64,000 bases of DNA from positions 831,765 to 895,764 of the forward strand of contig JAAOMT010000607.1 in the NCBI GenBank assembly GCA_016748015.1. The letters are read 5' to 3'. The DNA is from Geosiphon pyriformis uo1 (lineage: Eukaryota; Fungi; Glomeromycota). The position numbers and the translations under genes were made by a program. Positions 25,931-37,400 of this stretch are shown here, piece after piece (within the stretch, counting starts at the first letter, position 1; every line of letters starts with the position of its first letter). The notes below the pieces were generated by a model, which saw only the letters and a list, made by a program, of their open reading frames with translations, was not told where the DNA came from and did no database searches.

Positions 25931-28900
25931 TGTTATGGATAAACTTGGTGGATAATGGAACTGGTAATGTTTGGTGCTCTCAATTATTGGGGATGCATCT
26001 TCTGTGTAATTCTGTTGGTTTAGTCTTGGTTATCAGTCTCTGAAGGTCTATTCCTGGATGTGAATTTACCTGTTGAGTTCTTTGGTTATAAGGCATAGAG
26101 TTTGTTTTTTGTTGATTGCAATGTTTTTTATAAATATAAGCTTTTTTTTTGAGCTAATAAGCACAGTCATTAGGGTCTAGCATTGTCTTTTCATTCTTCT
26201 GATAAGCTATTAAGATAATGTTAATATCCAAAACCTAGGAGGAGCCTTCTTCTTTTATCAGGCTATCACGAAGTCTATTCTCAGACAGTCAATTTTTCTA
26301 TGTTGCCACTTCATAAGAGAAAAAANNNNNNNNNNNNNNNNNNNNAAAAAAAAAAAAAAAAAAAAAAAAAAAGAAAATAAAAGAAAATAAAAGAAAAAAA
26401 AAAAAATAAAAAAAATAAAAATAAGAAATAAGTGTTCTGTCAATAGCCGTGATCAAGAGCTATTGTGCCAGCAGGTTAAGTAGTGGATAATAACATGGAT
26501 TTAAAGAATTAAAGGGATATTTTATTGATATAATTCTATTTCGGTTGATAGCAACTATCTTTAAAAAGAAGAGTATTTAATAATTATGACCTGTGAGTCT
26601 AATTGATTCTGAAAGTTTAATTGACTTCTGAAAGTCTAATTTTCTTTTTGGATGTCTTTCTAACTTCTATAGCTACTCATTTTATACATTCTTTTTGTTC
26701 TACAAGATTACTTCTAATTGTTCTGTTATTGCTAACTATTGCTTTGCTATTTTTGTAATTGCTTCGTTTTTCTATGTTATTACTAGTTATCCTATGTTAT
26801 AATATGTTATCTGGTGTTATTACATGTTATTCTGTGTTATCTTACATTATAATGCATTATCCTGCATTATTTTAAGTTATAATGTGTTATTCAACGTTAT
26901 TGTATACTATTCTGTATTATGTCATATTTTGGTCACATTTCTTTATAACTTTGGATCAGTTTTTCTACTTGGGTAATATTATCCCTCTTTTTTAGAATTG
27001 AGTTCCTGCAAAATCTTCTAAATTTCTTTCTTGTCTTAATGTTGTTGCCGTAATTTTTATTACTATTATTAAATCTATTTTGGTACGTGAATAGTGTTTT
27101 TTTTTTTTTTTTAAACTATAAGGGTTTGTCCAAGATATCTAATTTCAAATTCTGCATTCGTATTATACACACATTCAGCCATAATGCCCTCATTATTATC
27201 ACTGAATTGAGTTAATTTCTGCTCTATTGTAAGGTCTAAAAGCATAATATATTGTTCAATGTTTGAAACAGAGTTTGAATCGTTGTTGTTATTATTGGTG
27301 GAGTTTGAATTGTTGTTGTTATCATCAGTGGAGTTTGAATCAGAATTAAGTTTTGATTCTGATTCTTGCTGATTGGCTTGTCTTCCTTGGAGTTCAAATA
27401 TATGACGTGTGGAAGTGGATTGTAACTTAGGGCCATCAGGTGAGTTTAATGATTTGTTAATTGATTTTGGTACTATTGATTCTCAAATTCTTTTTTCTTC
27501 TCTAAGTCTTTTTTGTATTGACACTTTCCTAATGCTGACTTTTGGCATAAAAAAAGGCAGTCTTCACACAGATAAGTATGAATCTGGGTAGTTTTTTTTC
27601 TGGAATTTTTCCAATGGGTCTTTAAATAATCAGAGTTTTGAATTTCTAAAAGTTTGATGGGTTTTATCTGAAGTAAGCTTTCTTGTACAATAGCAGATTT
27701 GGACTTATTGAGTTTTGAATGTTTGAGTTTTGAATGATCGGGTTGGAGTTTTAACTTTAATGAGTTTTATTGAAGGTAAGTTTTTTTCTACACTAGTGGG
27801 GTTAGAATTTATCAGGTTTTGAACTATTGGATCTTAAAGAATTGAAGTTTTAATGAGTTTTATTGAAGATAAGTTTCTTTATATGAGTTTATCAAAGATA
27901 AGTTTCAAATGTTCAGAGTTTTAACAATCAGGTCTTGAATAATCGGAGTTTTAATTTTAACAATTTTTTTTTTAATGAATTTTATCAAAGGTAAGTTACA
28001 AATGTTCAGGGTTTTAATAATCAGATTTTGAATAATCAGAGTTTTAATTTGACGAGTTTTAATGAGTTTATCAACAGTAGTTTTCGAATGTTCAAGATTT
28101 TAATAATCGGGTCTTGAATAATTGGAGTTTTAATTTAATGAGTTTTTAATGAATTTATCAAAGATAAGTTTTGAATGTTCAGGGTTTTAATGATCGGATT
28201 TTAAATAATCAGAGTTTTTTAATTTTAACAATTTTTTTTTAATGAATTTATCAAAGGTAAGTTGCAAATGTTTGGGGTTTTAATGATTGGGTTTTAAATA
28301 ATTGGAGTTTTAATTTAATGAGTTTTTCAAAGGAAATGTTAAAATAAGAATTTCGCGAATCTTAAGTGATTTTTCCATTGTTTTCTCTTGGTTTTTCACT
28401 TTTGTGAATTTCTGGGGTGCTCTGTCTCTGTGGATTTTATAACCTTACAGAGAACACCAAATGTTATGGGTAAACTTGATGGGTAATAGAACTGGTAACA
28501 TTTGGTGCTCTCAATTATTGGGAATGCATCTTCCACATAATTTTGTTGGCTTAGTCTTGGTTATCAGTTTTTGAAGGTCTATTCTTGGATGTGAATTTAT
28601 CCATTGAGTTCTTTGGTTATAAGACACAGAGTTTGTTTTTTGTCAATTACAATGTTTTCTGTAAATGTAAGCTTTCTTCTCTGAGCTAATGAGCACAGTT
28701 GTTAGGGTCTGGCATTGTCTTTTTGCCCTTCTAGTAAGCTATCAAGATAATGTTAATATCCAAAACCTAGGGGGAGCCTTCCTTTTTTACCAGGTTATCA
28801 TGAAGTCTATTCCCAGACAGTTGATTTTCTTATGTTGCCACTCCACAAGAGAAAAAACTAAAAAAAATAAAAGAAAATAAAAAAAAATAAAAAAAAATAA

Positions 28901-29469
28901 AAAAAATAAAAATAAGAAATAAGTGTTCTGTCAATAGCCATGATCAAGAGCTATTGTGCCAACAGATTAAATAATGGATAATAACATGGATTTGAAGAAT
29001 TAAAGAGATATTTTATTGATATAATTTCATTTCAGTTGATAGCAACTATCTTTGAAAGGAGGAGTATTTAATAATTATGACTTGCAAGTCTAATTAACTC
29101 TGAGAGTTTAATTAACTTCTGAAAGTCTAATTTTCTCTCTGGATGTCTTTCTAACTTCTACAGCTACTTATTTTATACATTCTTTTTGTTCTACAGGATT
29201 ACTTCTGATTGTTCTGTTATTGCTAACTATTGCTTTGCTATTTCTGTAATTGCTTTGTTTTTCTATGTTATTACTAGTTATCCTATGTTATAATATGTTA
29301 TCTGGTGTTATTACATGTTATTCTGTGTTATCCTATGTTATAACACATTATCTTGAGTTATTCTAAGTTATAACATGTTATCCAACATTATTGTGCACTA
29401 TTCTGTATTATGTCATGTTTTGGTCACGTTTTTTCATAACTTTGGATCAGTTTTTCTACATGGGTAACA
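25931..29469 (-). mobile_element. Non-autonomous LTR retroelement (family a): two ~1-kb LTRs (25931-26978, 28462-29469), PBS, PPT and a 1.48-kb internal region without RT or IN
   Basis: LTRs are direct repeats TGTTATGG..GGGTAA(C/T)A; PBS TTTGGTGTTCTCTG (28461-28448); PPT AAAAAAGAGGGATAA next to 26978; TSD CCAA/CTGA (ancestral CCGA). Confidence 0.9.
27700..28330. repeat. Tandem repeat with ~86-93-bp unit, at least 5 diverged copies, inside element a
   Basis: AATGTT(C/T) anchor recurs at about 27908, 28001, 28087, 28174 and 28267; minus strand reads as repeated IKTPIIQDPIIKTLNI.NLPLINS. Confidence 0.8.
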
Positions 29470-31340
29470 CTGACAATCTAGTTAGCACTTGGTTGACTAT
29501 TGATAAAGCAGAAGCTTTCAAAGTTTGCTTCATAATCAGTAAAAAAATTAGGGTTGATATTATTCTGCATCACATTTCAAGTGTCAAGAAAAGTTACCAT
29601 AAATCTAAATATTATGAATTCAAAATGGCCAAAAATGACTTCATCAAGAAGGCTATTAAAAGATGCATAGAAAATTTTTGTTCAAATAAGGGTAGGATAA
29701 TTAAAAGCATTCTGGATTGACCAATTAGAAAGGTGGTTTTTGATCATTTGATTGTTGATAATAACTTTATCTTTGAGTTGCAGGTGATTAAGTTTTCAAT
29801 TGACACAATAATGGAAAGTTAGACAAGAAAACATCTGGCTCTGGGTGTTTTTCTTAATCATTGGTGTGAACAATATGTTCCTTTGGATTATGTTGATAAT
29901 AATGCATTCTTAAGGGTTATGAATGATATCAATATGTGTGAGCTTATGTATATTGTCAAAAATCTGTTTGATGGAAAGACTGCTGGACTTTTTGGCATCC
30001 CTAATGAGCTATAGAAACATGGTGATGTTTTAGTTCTTAATGGTTTTTTATCTATTTACAATGGTTGTTTGAGATATGAGAGAGTTTTTGTGCAGTAAAA
30101 AAGATTCTAGGTGTCCATGATTTTTAAATCTTATGATTGGAAAGACACTTTTACCAATACCCATCCAATCACATTAATTAAAACTGTTTGAAAGATTTTA
30201 TCTAAGGTTTTTTCAGACAGGATCTCTCTGGCTTGTAACAAATTTAATGTTTTACATGGTAACAATTTTTCAGTTCTAAAGAGCACTTCTACACAAAGCC
30301 TGATCTTTGTCATTGGCTCAATTATTAAGGATGCTCTGGAGAAAAACAGAGAGGTGTAACTTATTCTTCAGAACATACACAAAACCTATAATTTCATTAA
30401 GTGGTCTTATTTACTTAACAGCTTGGTTAAAATCAAAATGTGTTCTCACTTCATAAACTTTTTCATAGTATACACAATAATAAGATCAATCAGGTGATGA
30501 CAAATTTTGGCTTAATTGATGGTTATGTTGTTCACAATGGTCTTGATTAAGGGAAGGTGTTTTCACCTTTACTATGGAGAATATTTTATGACCCACTTTT
30601 TTGTAAAGTCAAGAAGCATGAACAGTTGTTTGGATACAGTATGTGTTCAAAGTTTTTTGCAAGAACTGGCAAGCCTGATCTGAGAGGCGGCTTAACTTTT
30701 TTTTTTGCTGCTGGTGCCTTTGTTGATAACATGATCTGGGTTGGCAACTGTTTGACAACTATACAGAACATTTTGAATATAGCCAGTAAGTTTTTTGCTA
30801 TCAATAACATTTCAATAAACACAGAAAAAACAGTTGCCATACCTATAAATCAGGGTGTCTGGGATGCTGTCTTGTCTATTAATGGATCTAGAATTTCAGT
30901 TGCAAAGAAAAGCAAGTCTCACAGATATTTAGAAATCTTTTTGTCAACTAATGGCTTGTTCAAGCCTAGCTTAACCAAGGTACATATTGATGTCAAGTTC
31001 TTTTTAAATATGGTTTTGAGAAAAGCCATCACCGAGAAACAATTCTTGTACTTAGTTTCAGCTGTTTTACAATCTATTATTGGTTACAGACTGCAGTTTA
31101 GCTTTGTCTTTAAAAGTGCATGTGAAAAGTGAGACAAATTGTTAAGAAAGGAGCTTAAGTTCAAAGTTAATCTGCCTAAGGACTTTTTTAATGAGGTGTT
31201 ATATCATCCTGAGTTTTATGGACTAAAGACATTCGAGCAGATGCTAACAGAAAATTTAATGGCTAACTTGGTTAATTTTGCCAATGCTGGTGAGATTCTT
31301 GGAAGATTTTTTGATCATAAAGTGATGGATTTACAGATGG

Positions 31341-32216
31341 TGTTACTCATAGAAATATAGGAAATATATTAGTATGATTATTAGCCAATCAGAAGTAGGC
31401 ATAGTAAATGTGGAATTCCAGAATTCCTCTCAGAAATTGCAGGATTCCAGGAATTTCAGAATTTCCTGATGAGGAATTGCAAGATTCCAGAATTCCAGGA
31501 TTCCTCTCAAAGGAATTGCAGGATTCCAGGAATTCCAGGATTCCCATTATGAAGAATCAAGGAATTGGGGAATCTCAAATATGTATATATAGTAGTAGTG
31601 GTAAAAACAAAAAAGACAGAATCGATACTACAGAATCCTTAGCCTAGAAACAAAATTATCAAATAAATATTTATTTCATATCTCAATCCACTGTCCACTA
31701 TCAACACTTCATGTTGATAGTAATTAATACTTAACCATACTGGAACAATAGCTCTTGATTATGGCTATTGACAAAATACTAACATACCAAATTGCCTTGG
31801 CTTATTTTCCCTATTTTCTTTATTTTTATTTTTTTTATTTTATTTTATTTTATTTTATTTTGATTTTGTTGTTGTATACTAATTGATTAAAAGATTAAGC
31901 ACTGAGTTATTGACATCAAGGATAGCCTGGTAAAAAACCCAGAAATAAGGATAGGATTTTATATATTATCGGATAGCTTACTAGAAGGGCACAACTGCCA
32001 GACTAAATCTGGCCACCATGCTGAGAAAGAAATTGGGAAAACTCTTGGAAAGATACATCTACTATTGACACTATTGAATCTCTGTCCATTATACAAAGGA
32101 CTCCAACAAAACTTTCAGATACAACACTTGCAGAACCTTATCCACAGAAATAGTTTTTGAGCACCAAGTTATGGGTTTGTTATTTAATTCAACAGCAGAA
32201 ATAATCACCTGTAACA
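31341..32216 (+). repeat. Solo LTR, family b, inserted in LINE ORF2
   Basis: TGTTAC..GTAACA termini, perfect 4-bp TSD ATGG, internal GGAATTCC/GGATTCCA short-repeat array at 31410-31570. Confidence 0.9.
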
Positions 32217-34496
32217 ATGGCTAGTTGAATGTTCTAGCATCCTTTACATTTTCCAGTCACATTACCTATTAGTCTTATGGATTGTTTTCTGACTGGAGCT
32301 ATTTGTGCTCTCACTTTGTACAATCTTTTCTTGGATGGTGCAATTCCTAATGTGTTTCAGGCCAGGTTAGGCATATTCATTTTGAACATACTGGGCATGA
32401 ATGTGTACATGAATGTAGTCAAGTCTCTTAGAAGATATGGTTTTGTTTTTGCTAATCAAATTCTGAATTGTTATGATGAGTGCTTCATTTGGGAGACATT
32501 TCACAAATGGAAAAGACTAGACTCCAGAGGTCTGATTCCTGTCTGGTTCATGTCCCTGTCTAATTTTGTTAGAAATAGTGGTTTGAGTGGTAACATGGCT
32601 CTGGCATCTCATTACACTTGTGCTGACCTGTCTTGTAATGTTGGTTTTGTTTCTGAGCACATACTTATCTCTGGATGTAGTTCCATCAAAGTTTACATGA
32701 ATGGTTCTGTCAGAGGTATGGGGACCATTGGTGTCTGTGGTGGTGCTGCTGCATACTTTCCTGTAGTTGACGTAAGTATTGGTGTGAGGGTTCATGGCTT
32801 GTTGTCTTTGACATTGGTGGAGTTACAAGCTATTGTTTTAGCTTTGGAGTGTGTGTCTGCTTCTAGTGCTGTTACTTTGTTTATGGATAGTCAAATGTTA
32901 CTGGATATGTGCAAGTTTGATGTGAATATGCCTGGTTTTAACTTTCGCAAAAAATGTTGGTTGGAGAAAAAACATATTCATCATTCAATTTCAAAAAAAA
33001 AATTTTCAATTACATGAAAGAAGATCAAAAGACATTCAGGTGTTGTTGGGAATAAGCAAGCTGATTTTTTTGCTAATGCAGCAGTCACTTCTAAGTCTGT
33101 GCTTTTTCTTAATGTGCTATGTCACTTTTTTAATATGGAAAACTGGTCTATCTTAGGAAATGTGCATTACTTCATCAGAAGTTTGTTCAATGTTATTAAT
33201 TTTGTCAATTGGGAATTCAAGTATGCTTTTAGCATTATGGACAAGAGTGTTATCTGTACAATTGATATGAGCAGGTCTTTTAGTGTTTGGCATTCAAATG
33301 GCAGGATCCAATCAGGTTACACCAGTTTATCTTTAGCTTCTCTGCAGTTATATCTTATGAAGACTCTTCACTGTTGTTTGCCAGTTGTTGTGAGAAAGAG
33401 ATTGTATAATTCCAAATATCCCAGCATATTGTGCATTAGATGTGATTTGGTTGAGGATTTGAATTACTTGTTTTTGTGTAAGCAAAACAGAGGTGCCAGA
33501 AAAGCTTTGTTGTTGGCCACTCAAGTGGAATGGTGTAAAATGGTTGGTTGTTCAGTTATGGGGGATTCAGTTGTCAAATCTCTTTGCAAGACTGGATCTA
33601 CTGGTGGCTTATATATAATGTTGGCCAAGGAGTTTGTTTTAAAAAGCTGGGTGGCTGATATTACCCAACATTTTGGCTTTAAGTCTGGTGGTGATCTGGT
33701 TATTAGGTTGGTTCACAGTATTGCTGAGTATTACAGATCTGACATTTGATTGCCTACTGCTAAATTAAGATTCTTTTATGAAAAACACAATTTATTGCCA
33801 TGTGATGGCTCTGCTGTTTCTTTAGTTGCTGGTTTGTTATCTATTAGGTCTGTTGGGGTCATCCATGGTTTTGGTATTAAATTGGGCATTCATGTGTGCT
33901 TTGGTTTGCATTCTTGTCTGTCCAATTTGGACTTTGGTTTCTTAAGTCATGTCCCTGTAGTAGATTCTGTAGATGTATAGTGCTCTTTGATTGGACTGAG
34001 TGTCTGGTCACATGTAGAAAGAACATGAGCCATACTTAATTTAGAATCCTGTTTGATTTTATGTATTTAGATAGTAGTTGGGCTGCACTTATAAAAAACT
34101 TTAATAATAAAAAAATTATTAAAAATATTTTAAAAATAACAAAAAATTATAATTAACTTTATAGAATATAAAAAAACTTATAATTTATTAAATAATTATA
34201 TTTATTTTATAATTTAAAAAAAATAAAAATATATAAAAAGTTTATTTGGTTTTTTGGTTATGTTTATATCTTATAAATAAAAAAAATTATAATAGATTTT
34301 AAACTTATTAGTAAATATTATGTACATAATAAATTGAATTAAAGTTTTTATTTTATTTTATTTTATTTTTTTTTATTCATTTAATGAGTTAGGTCCAAAC
34401 ACTACTTAGAACTATACATCAATAAAATAATCTAAACTAAGCATGAATCATGCATTTTCTACATGTGACCAGCCACTCAAACCAGTCAGAACAACA

Positions 34497-37400
34497 CTAT
34501 ACACTTATATTAACAGAAACCGGATTACCAATACCTGAAAAAAATGAACAAAACTTGCAAAAGCCAAAACAAACACCAAAAGCTTCAGCAATACCAAGTA
34601 ATTTAATCACACCAGCCAAGAACCCCGAAACCAAACCAAAGACCAAGATGGGGATTAAGCCATCTACAGGGATCAGACCATTCTTTTTCATGAATGCACA
34701 ATACTTAGCATAAACCAACCAAATGTTATTTCTGAAGACAAGACAAATAGATTGCACAAAATCAGAAATTCTAACACCAGCAACTTTGGGATCATAGAAG
34801 ACGGAAATAGTTTCTCGAAGCCAACCATTAAAAACAAAACCCTTGTAAAGAGCTGAAGAAACTGGGAAATTCAAAGCACAAGTTAACAGCAATTGCAATA
34901 CATCTGAAGAAGGAAGGAAGAGACCAGAAAGCACCCTCCAAGAAGACATACAAGATTCCAAGACCTGATGACAAGCTAAATCATCAACCACACAAGAAAA
35001 CACATGGTCAGACACTTTAACCTTACCACAATACAGACACAAAATACTAGGGTAACATTTGTTGTAAATGCACTTCCAAACAGTTATGGAAAGCCAACAG
35101 TGCAAAGTCTTCATGAAGTAAGTTTGAGTATCAGCAGTCAGTCTGCTGGTGAAACCAGTGGCCATATGTAAATCAGAGTGCCAAACTCTGGAAGAACAAA
35201 GCCAATTGACATTTGAACACAAATCATCATCTAGAAATCTAGAACCAGACCTGACCTCCCAACGCACTTGACAAACAGCATAAAAAACATCACAAACAAA
35301 ATGCTTAGAATTACCAGATACAACACTACCATCTGCCAATAAAAAAAGTTCATCAACACAAGAAGGAAGATATCAACCAAAGAGAGACACAGTGTCAGCA
35401 AGGCTATTGGTATAATCATTCCCCAAAATACCAGAGTGGCCCTTAATCTTGCATTATTTAATTCTCAAATTCTTACTGCAAATAACATTCCTGATATGCT
35501 GACACTTGACCCAACACTGATTGTGAAAATCAAGATACACTAGGTTAAACTCCGACCTACAAGCATCCAAAGCCACCTGACTATCCGAAAACAGATGGAC
35601 AGAACGAGCCACAGACATGTATTCTAGAGCCAATGCAATAGTCTGCAGCTCCACTAAAGTGGATGACATTAAGCCCTAAACACTAATACCCAACCCCAAA
35701 TTAATATTCTCAAAAAAGACAGCAGCTCCAGCTCTACAACCAATCATGCCCAAATTTTTTACTAAACTATCCATATACACAGACAAGCTATCAATGTCAA
35801 TCCAAGAAAGACAATCACAGACAGATATAAAATTATCAGAACCATGAATGTCCAAAGGGCCAATACCAGCCAATGCCAAAAGAGAAAAATGAGGAGCCAC
35901 AAAAAAAGCAACAGAAATATTGAACCAATTGGAAACTGGACCATGAGAGTCTAGCCTCTTCCACTTTTTAAAGGTGTGCCAGCTAAAAACACTACCAAAA
36001 TAATCATGAAGCTAGTCCATGAAAACAATGCCATACTGCTGAAGAGAAAGTAAAATCTTATCAGACATAGGTACTCCACCATGAAACTGGAAAGAGCTAA
36101 CCAAAAAGCTGCCCAAAGGTAACTTGCAGTCGAAAAGAATGTGAACCATACCAGCTAAGAAATTATTTGAAACATTGACATGAATACGAGCAGGGAAGAC
36201 CAACAGATGGATAGGTTGCCAACACTGAACTTATAAGTCATAAGATCTGTGACCAAATAAGCACCCCAAAATCCCACCAGAGTTTGCAAAACTAATAAGC
36301 GAGGCAACTTTACCCTCAGATTGACACTGCGAAAAAGACTTTAAACCATAAAAGAAGGAGTAGTGAATTGTATCACTAGAAAAGTCCAATAGAAGACCAG
36401 ATTTTAGCTTCAAGCCCTTGCGAATCAAAGCATCTTATTTGTCATATACACCAACAGGAAAAAAGCTAAACTGTGTCCTATTGCTTACAATAAGGTAGAG
36501 AACTGCCGAAACCAAATACAAAAACTGTTTATCTGAGACAGCTTTCTTCAACACCAAATTAGTAAAAAAACGAACATCCAAATGTGCTCTTGCCAAACTA
36601 GATTTGGAAAGACTCTTTATTGAAAAAAAAATACCCAAGTATCTATAAGACTCTCCCTTTTTGGTGATCGAAATAGGCAGATTACTAATAGTGAGAGAAG
36701 AATTGCTGACTCTGCTGTTAATAGGAATCACTACTGTTTTGTCATTGTTAATTGAGATATTATTGATCCAAAAAAATTCACTGACAATGTTGAGAATATG
36801 TTAAGTAGCACTTTGACTATTACCAACCCAAATCGTATCATCAACAAAGGTGCCAGCAACAAAAAAGGAAGAACATCCAGCACAAGACTCAGCACGACTA
36901 TTCTTGGAAATAAAATGAAAATTCAGCTTATATCCATATACACTCTTTTGGCACTTGACCTCACACAACAATGGGTCATAAAATATTTGCCACAAAAGAA
37001 GGGAGAAAACTTTTCCTTGATCCAGGCCATCATGTACATGATAATTATTTGTCAAACCAAAATCAGTCATAACCTGGTTGGTACAATTATTGTGAATGTT
37101 GCCAAAAAAACAAATAAATCTGCTACACATCTTAATTCTAACCAAACTATTTTTGAGATGTTTCTAGCCAACCAAATTATATGCTTTCCGCATATTCTGC
37201 AGAACCAGCCAGAGTTCTTGGTTCTTTTCCAAAGCATCCTCAACCACTAAACCAATTGCAAAAATAGGAGACTAAGTTGTCGTACCCTTTAAAACTGAGA
37301 AGTTGTCCCCATGAAGGATATCAAAAGCACTATATGTCAAGGAGATTCTGTCAGAAAGAATCTTAAAAAGAATTTTACGAGCTGTTTTGATCAAAGCAAT

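Larger units (their letters stand above)
24873..33980 (+). pseudogene. LINE ORF2 (endonuclease, reverse transcriptase, RNase H), interrupted at 25931-29469 and 31341-32216
   Basis: Motifs as listed for the element; the frame is restored when each LTR insertion plus one 4-bp TSD is removed. Confidence 0.88.
22896..34098 (+). mobile_element. Full-length degenerate LINE (ORF1 plus APE-RT-RNase H-ZnF ORF2) with two nested LTR insertions
   Basis: ORF1 from 23015 with knuckle CEKCGKFG(H)STLE(C) near 24187. ORF2 has APE (CNVRSIN, METKL, LGGDFN), RT (THPITLIKT, FSPLLWRIFYDPL, AFVD(D), HRYLEI), RNase H (VYMNGS, ELQAI, DSQ, HSGVVGN) and CIRC..(H)..C; stop 33980; A-tail near 34093. Confidence 0.92.

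Noticed and set aside
27700-28330. CRISPR-like regular repeats
   Set aside because: Whole units are repeated with no unique spacers, no cas genes are present, and the context is a eukaryotic LTR element.
31408-31647. 79-aa ORF (and 21056-21283)
   Set aside because: Chance translation of the LTR short-repeat array.
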